Positions 26,425 through 35,658 are shown, counted from the stretch's first letter. The stretch: DNA of 64,000 nt from an uncultured Aliarcobacter sp. (GCA_965657055.1 CBFHMY010000002.1:274-64273), one strand, 5' to 3'. The notes: generated from the letters alone by a model not told the origin. Made by a program: numbers and translations.

Positions 26425-26460
26425 GCTAATTTAGAGATTTTTTTTTATTAATTTAAAAAT

Positions 26461-26480
26461 ACGAAGGAAAGTTCCTCCGT
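26461..26480 (-). terminator. hairpin terminator after dctM
   Basis: ACGAAGGA-AAGT-TCCTCCGT stem with one mismatch. On the minus strand it is followed by ATTTTTAAATT. Confidence 0.55.
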
Positions 26481-26491
26481 AAAATTTAAAA

Positions 26492-27829
26492 TTATTTTGC
26501 AGTCATATATTGTGGTAAGAATTGTACAATTTCTGGGAAAAATGTAATTAGAACAACAGCCACAATCATTAATAAAAAGAATGGCAATGTTGCTTTTAAT
26601 ATATATTCAATTTTTTCTCCACTTATACTTTGTATTACAAACAATGAGAATCCAACAGGTGGAGTTATTTGGGATAATTCAACCATAAAGACTAAGAAAA
26701 TTCCAAACCATAAAGGATCAAAACCAGCCATTACTATAATTGGTAATACAATTGGTAAAGTCATAACTACAATAGAAATTCCATCAAGAATCATTCCTAA
26801 AATAATATACATTACTCCAATTATTAAAATCAACATCAAAGGACTTAAACCTAATGTTCCTATAAACTCACTAATTGCTCTAGCAATTCCTAAAAATCCT
26901 ACAACTTGAGATAAGAACCCTGCTCCTACAATTATAAAACTTATCATAATAGAAGTTTTTATAGTATTTAATAAAGCATTTTTCATTACATCAAAGGTAA
27001 AGCTTTTAAAATAAATTGCTAAAACAACTGCACCTAATACTCCTAAAGAAGCAGCTTCAGTTGGAGTTGCAAGACCTCCATAAATAGAACCTAAAACAAC
27101 AAGTATCAAAGAAAATACTGGAAACAAATCTTTTAATGAATGAATATAATCATTCATAGTATATTTAACGTCTTCTTCTGGAACTACACTTTTATCTATA
27201 CTTGAAACAATCATTATATAAAATGAATAAAGTGTTGCAAGTAATAATCCAGGTAATATTCCAGCCATAAAAAGTTTACCTATTGATACATTTGATAATA
27301 CCCCATAAATAATCATTATAAGTGATGGAGGAATTAAAAAACCTAATGTTCCACTTCCTGCTAGTGATCCAATAGCAAGTGATTTTGAATAACCTCTTTT
27401 TTTAAGTTCATCAAGTGTTATTTTCCCAACAGTTGCAGTTGTTGCGGAACTTGAGCCTGATATTGCTGCAAAAAGTGAACATGCTGCAACATTCACATGA
27501 AGAAGCTTTCCTGGAATAAAATTCAACCAAGGGGTTAAACCATTTAAAAGTCGTGTTGAAATTGATGATTTATATAATATCTCACCCATTAAAATAAATA
27601 TTGGTAAAGCTGCAAGTGACCATGAATTCAAAGAATCATACATTGATGAAGCTAATAAATCACCAATTTTATCAAAAATTGAAATAACAGGAGGAAGATT
27701 ATTTTCAAATATCAACATACCAACAATACCAGTTAAAATAAGCGAAACTCCAATCCAAATAGAAGATAAAAGAAACACAAACATAATAAAAATAAGAACA
27801 ATTGATAAAATTAATGGATCAGATATCAT
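26492..27829 (-). CDS. dctM: TRAP transporter large permease subunit
   Basis: 445 aa, about 12 TM helices, with the DctM-type pattern (GSSSATTATVG, LIPPS...). Overlaps dctQ. Confidence 0.9.
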   Translation of the reverse strand: MISDPLILSIVLIFIMFVFLLSSIWIGVSLILTGIVGMLIFENNLPPVISIFDKIGDLLASSMYDSLNSWSLAALPIFILMGEILYKSSISTRLLNGLTPWLNFIPGKLLHVNVAACSLFAAISGSSSATTATVGKITLDELKKRGYSKSLAIGSLAGSGTLGFLIPPSLIMIIYGVLSNVSIGKLFMAGILPGLLLATLYSFYIMIVSSIDKSVVPEEDVKYTMNDYIHSLKDLFPVFSLILVVLGSIYGGLATPTEAASLGVLGAVVLAIYFKSFTFDVMKNALLNTIKTSIMISFIIVGAGFLSQVVGFLGIARAISEFIGTLGLSPLMLILIIGVMYIILGMILDGISIVVMTLPIVLPIIVMAGFDPLWFGIFLVFMVELSQITPPVGFSLFVIQSISGEKIEYILKATLPFFLLMIVAVVLITFFPEIVQFLPQYMTAK

Positions 27830-28304
27830 TTTTTAATCCTTTTATAACAAAGATTAAAACACTTAGTATAAATAAACTCAAGCCTAATGGCATAACTAAT
27901 TGTGTTAAATATAATGGTGTTTGTGATACTGATTCTGAAAGCATTTCCATTTCATATGAATCAAAAGTAAATAAGATTGTGCGATAAAGTGCAAAACTCA
28001 AAACAATAATTGTAATAGTTCCTGCAAAGATATCAATAAATTTATTTGATTTCTCATTCATTCTAGAAGTTAAAATATTAATTCTAATATGTGCATTTTC
28101 TTTAAAAGTATAAGATAAACCTAAAAATACTGAAGCTAAAAATAAATATCCACTATACTCATCGGCAATCAAAGTTGACATATTGAAAAAGTATCGAATA
28201 AAAATTTCTGTTAAAATCAATAAGACTAATGAAACTAATAAAAGTGAAGATAAATAAGCGCCCCATAAAGAGAGCTTATTTACTAAATTATAAAGTGTTT
28301 TCAT
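27819..28304 (-). CDS. dctQ: TRAP transporter small permease subunit
   Basis: 161 aa with 4 TM helices, located between dctP and dctM. Confidence 0.85.
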   Translation of the reverse strand: MKTLYNLVNKLSLWGAYLSSLLLVSLVLLILTEIFIRYFFNMSTLIADEYSGYLFLASVFLGLSYTFKENAHIRINILTSRMNEKSNKFIDIFAGTITIIVLSFALYRTILFTFDSYEMEMLSESVSQTPLYLTQLVMPLGLSLFILSVLIFVIKGLKNDI

Positions 28305-28307
28305 AAC

Positions 28308-29264
28308 TTATCTTCTATATTCTTCAAATATTTTTTTTATTTCATCATCAGCATCAGCTAAATAATTTACTAACATTTTGTCTGCAACACTTGATAGTTC
28401 TTTCTTTAAAGCTTCGTTTGCTTCTGAAATTACCATTCCATTTTGAGCCATAGTATCAAGGGCATCTTTATCTTCACCTTTTACAACGGACCATTGTTCT
28501 TTTTCAATTTCAGCTGCTGCTTTTAACATTGCATCTTGTTGAGTTTTATCTAAAGAATTCCAAAAATCAAGATTGATAGTAACTGCCTGTAAAGGATATG
28601 CATAACTAATTTTCGTAAAGTCCGTTAATACTTCCCAAAATTTTCCATCTTTTCCAGAAGTTGAAGATGTAATAACAGAATCAACCATTCCTGTTCTAAG
28701 TGCTGAATAAACTTCTCCCCAAGGAAGAGCAACTGCATTTCCACCTACCATATTTACAAAATCCGCTGAATTTTTATCATACGTTCTTGTTTTCGCACCG
28801 TTAAAACCTTCTAATGTATCAAGTTTTTTATTTCCATAGAATCCTGAAGCTGGCCATGTAACAGAATAAAGAAGTTTTTGATTCCATTTTTTAGCAGTAT
28901 TTTCATAAGCTGGTTTTGCAATTTGATAAAGTTTAAATGCATCCTCATATGATTGAGCAATAAAAGGTAAGGCAGAAATTCCAAATACTTTACCTCCTCC
29001 TGCAGTAAAAGGTATAAACATATCAGCCATTGCAACTGTTCCATCTTTTACTGCTTTTAAAGGATTTCCTTTTATTAAAGAAGAACCTGGATGAACTGTA
29101 ATATCTACACTTCCTTTAGTATAATCTTTTACTAATGAAGCAAATTTTTCGCTTCCTTTTGTATGAAAATGATTTGCACTTTCTCTTTCATTTAGATTCA
29201 TTTTTACATCTGCTGCGAATACTGAACCTACAAGTGAAGCGATTAATAGACAATTTTTTAACAT
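28308..29264 (-). CDS. dctP: TRAP transporter substrate-binding protein (DctP family)
   Basis: Signal peptide. DctP-type motifs (G.vd...........F....ALPF, KTRTYD carboxylate-binding Arg region, PLQA..IN..FW..L). Confidence 0.85.
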   Translation of the reverse strand: MLKNCLLIASLVGSVFAADVKMNLNERESANHFHTKGSEKFASLVKDYTKGSVDITVHPGSSLIKGNPLKAVKDGTVAMADMFIPFTAGGGKVFGISALPFIAQSYEDAFKLYQIAKPAYENTAKKWNQKLLYSVTWPASGFYGNKKLDTLEGFNGAKTRTYDKNSADFVNMVGGNAVALPWGEVYSALRTGMVDSVITSSTSGKDGKFWEVLTDFTKISYAYPLQAVTINLDFWNSLDKTQQDAMLKAAAEIEKEQWSVVKGEDKDALDTMAQNGMVISEANEALKKELSSVADKMLVNYLADADDEIKKIFEEYRR

Positions 29265-29308
29265 TTTAAACTCCTTAGTTTTTATATGAAGACATCATAA
29301 TAATTCTA

Positions 29309-29332
29309 AGTGAGTAAGAAGTGAGTTTTTTT
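29309..29332 (-). promoter_or_regulatory. tandem hexamer box (AGTGAG-N5-AGTGAG-T7) upstream of dctP
   Basis: AGTGAGTAAGAAGTGAGTTTTTTT lies 45-68 nt upstream of the dctP ATG. A TAGAAT/TATTAT -10 candidate follows on the coding strand. Confidence 0.6.
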
Positions 29333-29339
29333 ATATATT

Positions 29340-30020
29340 TTAGAAATTTGCTAGCTTATATCCCTCTTGTGGTACATTTGTGATTAAATCAATAGGCAAT
29401 CTTTGTCTTAATTCTTTTATGAAAGTTTTTAAAGCACTCATACTCATAGATTTATCTTTCCAAATATATTCTTCTATTGTTTCATAACTTAAAACTCTAT
29501 TTCTATTTTCATGAAGTAGCAACAAAAAATCTTTATCTCTTTTTCTTAATATAACAAGCTCATCTTTATAATACAGCTCTCTTTGTTTCGTATTAAAATA
29601 AATATCTTCAGTAAATTTAATTTTAGTTTCCAGCTTATCTCCGAAAGCTTTTACAATACCATTTAATAAACTCTCAGAAACTACAGGTTTTAAAATATAG
29701 TGATTAATATTTAAGTTTATTAAACTTAAAAGATACTCTTCACTTGAATAAGCAGTTAGCATGATTACAATTATTGCTAAATCGTTTTTTCTAATATCTG
29801 TAATTAATTCAATACCATTTTTTTTAGGCATTTCAATATCAGAAATTATAATAGTTGGTTTATGCTCATAATATAAGGCATAAGCATCATCCGCATTTGA
29901 TGCTTCATAAACATCAGCAAAATAATACTTTAAAGTATTAACTAATCTTTTTCTAATACCATCTTCATCTTCAACACATAAAACTGTATAATTTTTTAAT
30001 TGTTCTATAATATCATTCAT
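29340..30020 (-). CDS. OmpR/PhoB-type response regulator (REC + winged-helix DNA-binding domain)
   Basis: VLCVEDEDG...IIISDIEMP...MLTA...ILKP is a REC. The C-terminal LRKRDKDFLLLL....V.SYE.IE..IW......S..ALKTFIKELRQ is a trans_reg_C-like winged helix. 8-nt overlap with the kinase gene. Confidence 0.85.
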   Translation of the reverse strand: MNDIIEQLKNYTVLCVEDEDGIRKRLVNTLKYYFADVYEASNADDAYALYYEHKPTIIISDIEMPKKNGIELITDIRKNDLAIIVIMLTAYSSEEYLLSLINLNINHYILKPVVSESLLNGIVKAFGDKLETKIKFTEDIYFNTKQRELYYKDELVILRKRDKDFLLLLHENRNRVLSYETIEEYIWKDKSMSMSALKTFIKELRQRLPIDLITNVPQEGYKLANF

Positions 30021-31542
30021 TGTAAGCCTTGATTTTTACTTTAAAAATAGCGCCATCATCTATGTTTTCAACACTAAGCTCACCACTCATATTTTTCTCA
30101 ATAATCATTTTTGACATATAAAGACCAAGTCCTGTTCCTTGTAAACTACTTTTTGTAGTGAAATATGGTTCAAAAATCAAATCTATATATTCATTTTCTA
30201 CACCACCTGCATTATCTTTTATTGTAACAATTGCATAAGTATCTATGTAGTCTACTTCTAAATTAATTGTTGGATTTTTTATCTCTCTTTGAATTAAAGC
30301 ATCTTTTGCATTCGACATAAGGTTTAATAACACTTGAGCAAATTCTCTTCTATAACCATATATTTCATAATTCATTTTAATATTATAATGAAAATCAATA
30401 TTATGATTTTTAATGGAAGCATTTATTAAAGATATAGCTTCCATACAAGGGTCTTCTATATAAAAATGTACTTTCTCTTTATCTGGCTTAAAAAAATTCC
30501 TAAAATCATCAATAGTATATGACATAAATTGAATAAGTTTATTAGACTCTTCAATTGATTCTTTTATCATCTTATCATCTACTTTTTTAAATTTTGAAGC
30601 TGTTTCTAACTCCATTAAAATTCCAGCGACTTCACTTAATGGTTGTCTCCATTGATGAGCTATCATTGATAGCATTGTTCCCATTCGTGCAAGTCTTGAT
30701 TGATGTAGCATTGCTCTATCTTTTTTTTGAGCTTCTTCAATTGCAATTTGAATTTTTTCTTCTAAATTTTTATTTATATCTTCAAGTAAAAGTTCTTTTT
30801 TCTTCACGTTTTCTTGATATTTCTGAAATACTTCTGTAATTTTTTTTGACATAAGAAAAGATAATAGGCTAATAATTAAAATAATAAGAAAAGAAATAAA
30901 TACAATCAATCTAACATATTTATCAATTTTTTCTTCTAATAACTTTTTATTCTCAGAAATAGATTTTTGAATATCATCAACATAAAGACCAGCACCTATT
31001 ACCCAATTATACTTTTCATATAATCTAAAAAAACCAAGTTTTTTTGAAAAACTAACTTCTCCTGGTTTTTGCCAAAAATATTCTATAAATACACCCTTTG
31101 GACTTTTTACTGTTTTGTCAATAAATTCTTTTGTTATAAAAGTTCCTATAGCATCTGTTAAGTCAATATCATAAGTGTTTAATCTATCTTGTCTAAAAGG
31201 ATGGGCTTTTAAATAATAATTTGTATCATGTATCCAGATATAGCCATGTTTACCATAACGAATAGTTTCAGTATATTTCAAAATTTCATTTTTTAATTCA
31301 TTATCATTTAATTTTGTATTATGATTTACATGAAATTCTATGTAGTTGACAATATAATCAACTTCTTTTTTTAAAATATCTTCTTGTCTTTGAAGATACT
31401 CTTTTTCAAGCCTAATGCTTTCTTCTTCAAAATAATTATATTGATTTTGTATAAAAAAATATATAGTGAAGAAAGCTACTAAAAGAACTGTAATAATAGG
31501 TGTTAATATAATTAATTTTGGTATATTTTTTTCTGAAAACAA
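30013..31542 (-). CDS. sensor histidine kinase with periplasmic single-Cache (sCache_2-like) domain
   Basis: RYGKHGYIWIHDTNYYLKAHPF...FIEYFWQKPGE...WVIGAGLYVDDI is the sCache_2 pattern between two TM helices. H-box MGTMLSMIAHQWRQPL; NAKDA, DNAGGV, GTGLGLYMSK. TTG start with GGGAG SD. Confidence 0.85.
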   Translation of the reverse strand: MFSEKNIPKLIILTPIITVLLVAFFTIYFFIQNQYNYFEEESIRLEKEYLQRQEDILKKEVDYIVNYIEFHVNHNTKLNDNELKNEILKYTETIRYGKHGYIWIHDTNYYLKAHPFRQDRLNTYDIDLTDAIGTFITKEFIDKTVKSPKGVFIEYFWQKPGEVSFSKKLGFFRLYEKYNWVIGAGLYVDDIQKSISENKKLLEEKIDKYVRLIVFISFLIILIISLLSFLMSKKITEVFQKYQENVKKKELLLEDINKNLEEKIQIAIEEAQKKDRAMLHQSRLARMGTMLSMIAHQWRQPLSEVAGILMELETASKFKKVDDKMIKESIEESNKLIQFMSYTIDDFRNFFKPDKEKVHFYIEDPCMEAISLINASIKNHNIDFHYNIKMNYEIYGYRREFAQVLLNLMSNAKDALIQREIKNPTINLEVDYIDTYAIVTIKDNAGGVENEYIDLIFEPYFTTKSSLQGTGLGLYMSKMIIEKNMSGELSVENIDDGAIFKVKIKAYNE

Positions 31543-31579
31543 AAGTACTCCCTATAAAAAATCTACTTTATCTAATTTT

Positions 31580-31602
31580 AGTGAGATTAAAGTGAGTTTT
31601 TT
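31580..31602 (-). promoter_or_regulatory. tandem hexamer box (AGTGAG-N5-AGTGAG-T6) upstream of the sCache kinase/regulator operon
   Basis: AGTGAGATTAAAGTGAGTTTTTT lies 38-60 nt upstream of the kinase start codon. Confidence 0.6.
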
Positions 31603-31706
31603 ATTATTTAATAAAATATATAAATTTTTAAGTCATTTCACAATATAAAAATAAGACAATTATAACTACTATAGATAAGTTATTAATTAAGTAAAAAGAT
31701 AAAAGA

Positions 31707-32324
31707 ATGAAAAAAGAAAAAGTTATATGTAAAGATAAAATTGCAGTTGATTTTAATGATGGTAAAGAGTTATTAGAAGATTTAGGAAAAAGTGTAACTA
31801 TATTTGGAAGTGCTAGAACTTCTAGTAATGATAAATATGCAAAGTTAGCAGAGAAATTAGCATTTAGACTTTCAAAAAAAGATATAAATGTTATTACAGG
31901 TGGTGGCAATGGAATTATGCAAGCTGCGAATAAAGGTGCTTTTGAAGCAAAAAAAGCTGAATCAATTGGACTTAGTATTTATTTACCAAATGAAAAAACG
32001 AAAAATGAATACACAACAAAAAGTTTAACATTTAACTATTTTTTTTCAAGAAAATATATGTTAGTTAAGTATTCAAAAGCTTGTGTAATATTTCCAGGAG
32101 GATTTGGAACATTAGATGAAATGTTTGAGGTTTTAACACTTACTCAAACAGGAAAATTAAATGGTTTTAAAATTTATTTAGTTGGATGTGATTATTGGAA
32201 ATATCTAATAAAATTTATAAGAAAATCTTTATATAAAGAAAATATGATTGATAAAGAGGATTTAAATATAATAACTTTAACAGATAATATTAAACAAATT
32301 GAAAAAGAGATTGTGTTACTATAG
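31707..32324 (+). CDS. LOG family protein (TIGR00730; cytokinin riboside 5'-monophosphate phosphoribohydrolase-like)
   Basis: VTIFGSAR...VITGGGNGIMQAANKGA...IFPGGFGTLDEMFE (PGGxGTxxE motif). Confidence 0.85.
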   Translation: MKKEKVICKDKIAVDFNDGKELLEDLGKSVTIFGSARTSSNDKYAKLAEKLAFRLSKKDINVITGGGNGIMQAANKGAFEAKKAESIGLSIYLPNEKTKNEYTTKSLTFNYFFSRKYMLVKYSKACVIFPGGFGTLDEMFEVLTLTQTGKLNGFKIYLVGCDYWKYLIKFIRKSLYKENMIDKEDLNIITLTDNIKQIEKEIVLL

Positions 32325-32360
32325 ACCTTATAACTGTGCATAAATATAAAGGAATTACTT

Positions 32361-34274
32361 ATGAAAAAGATTTTACTGATTACATATGTTCTTACGATGT
32401 TTTTATATGCACAAAATGATAAAAAAATAACTTTACAATTAAATTGGTTAAATCAGTTTCAATTTGCAGGTTATTATATGGCAAAAGAAAAAGGTTTCTA
32501 TAAAGATGTAAATTTAGATGTTCAGATAAAAGAGAATACCTTAAATACAGATATAGTAAAAGAAGTAGAAACACAAAATGCAGATTTTGCAGTTGGAAGT
32601 TCATCTTTAATAATTGAAAAAATTAATGGAAAAGATATTGTTGTATTGAGTGCTATTTTTCAAGAATCACCATTGGTACTTTTAGTAAAAAAAGATTCTA
32701 ATATAAATAGGGTAAAAGATTTAAAAAATAAAAAAATCATGATTACTTCAGATGCTAAATATTCAGCTTCTATTTTAGCAATGTTAAGTGCCAATGAACT
32801 TACAGTTAATGATTTTATAGTACAAAAACATTCTTTTGATTTAAATGACTTAATAAATGGAAACACAGATGCAATGGGTTCTTATATCTCAAACGAACCT
32901 ATCATATTAAAAGAAAAAGATATTGAATATAAAATTTTCGATCCCAAAGATTTCGGTTTTGATTTTTATAGTGATATTTTATTTAGCTCTTCAGAATATA
33001 TAAAAAATAATCCAAAAATTACAAAAGAATTTTATGAAGCAAGCTTAAAAGGTTGGAAATATGCCTTTGAAAATTTGGCAGAAACCGCTGAAGTAATTTA
33101 TTCTAAATTCAATACTCAAAATAAAACTTATATTCATTTAGTAAAAGAAGGTGAAGTTTTAAAAAAACTTGCTTATCCAACAAATAATGAATTAGGTGAA
33201 TTTAATGAAAATAAGTTAAATAATATAGCAAATGTTTTTAAATTATTAGGATTAGTAAATAAAGATTTAGATTTAAAAGAGTTTATATATAGTGAGAATC
33301 AACCTAAAACTATAAATCTTGAAATTTCAAAACAAGAAAGAAATATAATTATAATAATTTTAATTTCATTATTTATCATTTTTTGTTTAGTTATATATTT
33401 ATTGAGAAAAAACTCTCAAACAAAAAAACTTTTACATACAGTAATAAACTCTTCTGATGATTTAATTTTTTATAAAGATTGTCAATTAAGATATCTTGGT
33501 TGTAATAAAAGTTTTGAAAATTTAGTTGCTCAAAAAGAAGCTGAGATTATTGGTAAAACTGATTTTGAACTTTTTGAAAAAGATCTTGCTCAAATTTTTA
33601 GAAAAGAAGATTTTGAAGTACTTGATAGTAATAATTTAATTACAACTAGTGAATGGCTTATATTTAAAAATAAAAAAATTCTTTTTCAAACAAAAAAAAT
33701 ACCTTTTAGATATAAAGACAAGAAAAAAAATGGAATTTTAGGAATTGCAAGGGACTTAACAAATTTATATGAAATTCAAGAAAAATTAAAAGAGCAAGCT
33801 TATTATGATGAGCTTACAAAAATCTTTAATAGAAAAGCTTACAATGAGAGAATTCAAGAAAAATTTGATTTATATGATAGATATAAAACTGATTTTACAA
33901 TAGCAATGTACGATTTAGATGATTTTAAATATATAAATGACACATATGGACATGATATTGGAGATAAAGTATTAATAGAAATAACTAATGAAGTAAAATC
34001 AATTATTAGAAAAACCGATTTTTTATTTAGAGTTGGGGGAGAAGAGTTTGTAATAATTTTTGCTAAAACACTCCTTGATGAAGCCTATAATATTGCTGAA
34101 AAAATCAGAATTGATATTTCAGAAATGCAAATTATTGAAAACAGAAAAATTACAATAAGCATGGGAATTACTCAAACAATACCAAATGACAATGCTCAAT
34201 CTATTTATGAAAGGGTAGATAAACTAATGTACAAATCAAAAAGAAATAATAAAAATCAAACCACAAAGGGTTGA
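32361..34274 (+). CDS. sensor diguanylate cyclase: periplasmic NMT1/SsuA-like binding domain, TM, PAS, GGDEF
   Basis: ITLQLNWLNQFQFAGYYMAKEKGFYKDVNLDV parallels the sensor of kinase 6937..9156. TM IIIILISLFIIF. PAS-like segment. GGDEF region LTKIFNRKAY...DLDDFKYINDTYGHDIGD...FRVGGEEFVIIF. Confidence 0.85.
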   Translation: MKKILLITYVLTMFLYAQNDKKITLQLNWLNQFQFAGYYMAKEKGFYKDVNLDVQIKENTLNTDIVKEVETQNADFAVGSSSLIIEKINGKDIVVLSAIFQESPLVLLVKKDSNINRVKDLKNKKIMITSDAKYSASILAMLSANELTVNDFIVQKHSFDLNDLINGNTDAMGSYISNEPIILKEKDIEYKIFDPKDFGFDFYSDILFSSSEYIKNNPKITKEFYEASLKGWKYAFENLAETAEVIYSKFNTQNKTYIHLVKEGEVLKKLAYPTNNELGEFNENKLNNIANVFKLLGLVNKDLDLKEFIYSENQPKTINLEISKQERNIIIIILISLFIIFCLVIYLLRKNSQTKKLLHTVINSSDDLIFYKDCQLRYLGCNKSFENLVAQKEAEIIGKTDFELFEKDLAQIFRKEDFEVLDSNNLITTSEWLIFKNKKILFQTKKIPFRYKDKKKNGILGIARDLTNLYEIQEKLKEQAYYDELTKIFNRKAYNERIQEKFDLYDRYKTDFTIAMYDLDDFKYINDTYGHDIGDKVLIEITNEVKSIIRKTDFLFRVGGEEFVIIFAKTLLDEAYNIAEKIRIDISEMQIIENRKITISMGITQTIPNDNAQSIYERVDKLMYKSKRNNKNQTTKG

Positions 34275-34294
34275 TTTTTAAACTATTTATAGCT

Positions 34295-34735
34295 CTAATA
34301 TTGATAAATATGATATTTAGAATTTTCTTTTGCTTTTCTATCTTCTAGTTTTTTATAAACTTCTAGGGCTTTTTGTTTTAGATTTTCATCAATTTGCTTT
34401 GTATTATACTCTTTGATTAAAACATCTAAAACTAAAATATAAACTATACAGTTAAGTTTTAATGAGTCTTCATTTCTCATAAGTTTATCTAAATCAACTG
34501 CATAAACAGCCTCTGAAAATGTAAAAAATAGCCTTTGTTTAATATCTTCAAGTCTATATGAATAACCCAAAATTGTTAAAAAGTTCTCTTCATATTCAAT
34601 ATGAAAATTTAAATCTTTTAAATCTTTAGCAAACTTAGATATTTGCTCCTCATGTTTACTAGCTATCTCTTCTGATTCTATTACTTTATTTTTGTAGTAA
34701 TAAATAAAATTACAAATTTCATTAATTAATTCGAT
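34295..34735 (-). CDS. hypothetical protein; listed ORF starts at TTG 34570, but the frame is open to 34738 with SD + ATC at 34735
   Basis: The minus-strand frame has no stop between 34738 and 34295. AAGGA (34746..34742) lies 6 nt before ATC 34735..34733. No ATG/GTG/TTG upstream of 34570. Confidence 0.4.
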   Translation of the reverse strand: MELINEICNFIYYYKNKVIESEEIASKHEEQISKFAKDLKDLNFHIEYEENFLTILGYSYRLEDIKQRLFFTFSEAVYAVDLDKLMRNEDSLKLNCIVYILVLDVLIKEYNTKQIDENLKQKALEVYKKLEDRKAKENSKYHIYQY

Positions 34736-34815
34736 TTTTTATCCTTTTTCACAATTTATACATAGTTCGTATTATATAATGTAAATGTAAAAATTAACAT
34801 ATTATAGGAATCATT

Positions 34816-35658
34816 ATGAAAAAATCAATTATAGTATCAACATTAATTTTAAGTTCAAGTTTAACATTTGCTTTTGACTTAGGTGCAATTGCAAAAGGTG
34901 TTGTGGAAAATGTAACAAAAGAACAAACAAACACTCAACAATCAAGTACTACAAAACCTACAACTAGTACTGCAAGTTCAAGTACTTCAAACCTAGGTGA
35001 TACAACAGTTTCAAATGGACTAAAGGAAGCTTTAAAAACAGGTGTTAATTATGCAGTAACACAATTAGGAAGCACTAATGGATATTTAAATAATACGGCT
35101 GTGAAAATACCATTACCAGATAATTTAGCAAAAGCAGAAACTCTAATAAGAAGTGTTGGTGGAGATAAAATGGCAGATGACTTAATAAGCTCAATGAATA
35201 CAGCAGCATCAAAAGCAGCTCCTAAAACAGCAGAAGTATTTGTAAATGCAATAGATAAAATGACAGTAACAGATGCACAAGCTATTTTATCAGGAGGAAA
35301 TGAAGCAGCTACAAATTACTTCAAAGCAAATACAAGTGATTCATTAAAAAAATTAATCGCTCCTATTATTCAAGAGACTATGAAAGAAAATCAAGTTGCC
35401 TCTTATTATGATACGGTTAATAATTTATATAAATCAAATGCAAAAGGTTTAGTTGATAACAGTGGTGTTGTAGGTCTTGCTAAAAATTTTGGAGTAGATT
35501 CTTATATTCCTGGAAGTTCAGATGAAAGTTTGGATGAATACATTACAACAAAAGCTATTGATGGCTTATTCACAATGATTGGACAAAAAGAAGCAGCAAT
35601 TAGAGCAAATCCTGTTGAACAAACTACTTCAATACTTAAACAAGTATTTGGGAAATAG
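34816..35658 (+). CDS. secreted DUF4197-family protein
   Basis: Signal peptide, S/T-rich linker, then GLKEALKTGVNYAVTQLGSTNGYLNNTAVKIPLP, which is typical of DUF4197. Confidence 0.65.
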   Translation: MKKSIIVSTLILSSSLTFAFDLGAIAKGVVENVTKEQTNTQQSSTTKPTTSTASSSTSNLGDTTVSNGLKEALKTGVNYAVTQLGSTNGYLNNTAVKIPLPDNLAKAETLIRSVGGDKMADDLISSMNTAASKAAPKTAEVFVNAIDKMTVTDAQAILSGGNEAATNYFKANTSDSLKKLIAPIIQETMKENQVASYYDTVNNLYKSNAKGLVDNSGVVGLAKNFGVDSYIPGSSDESLDEYITTKAIDGLFTMIGQKEAAIRANPVEQTTSILKQVFGK

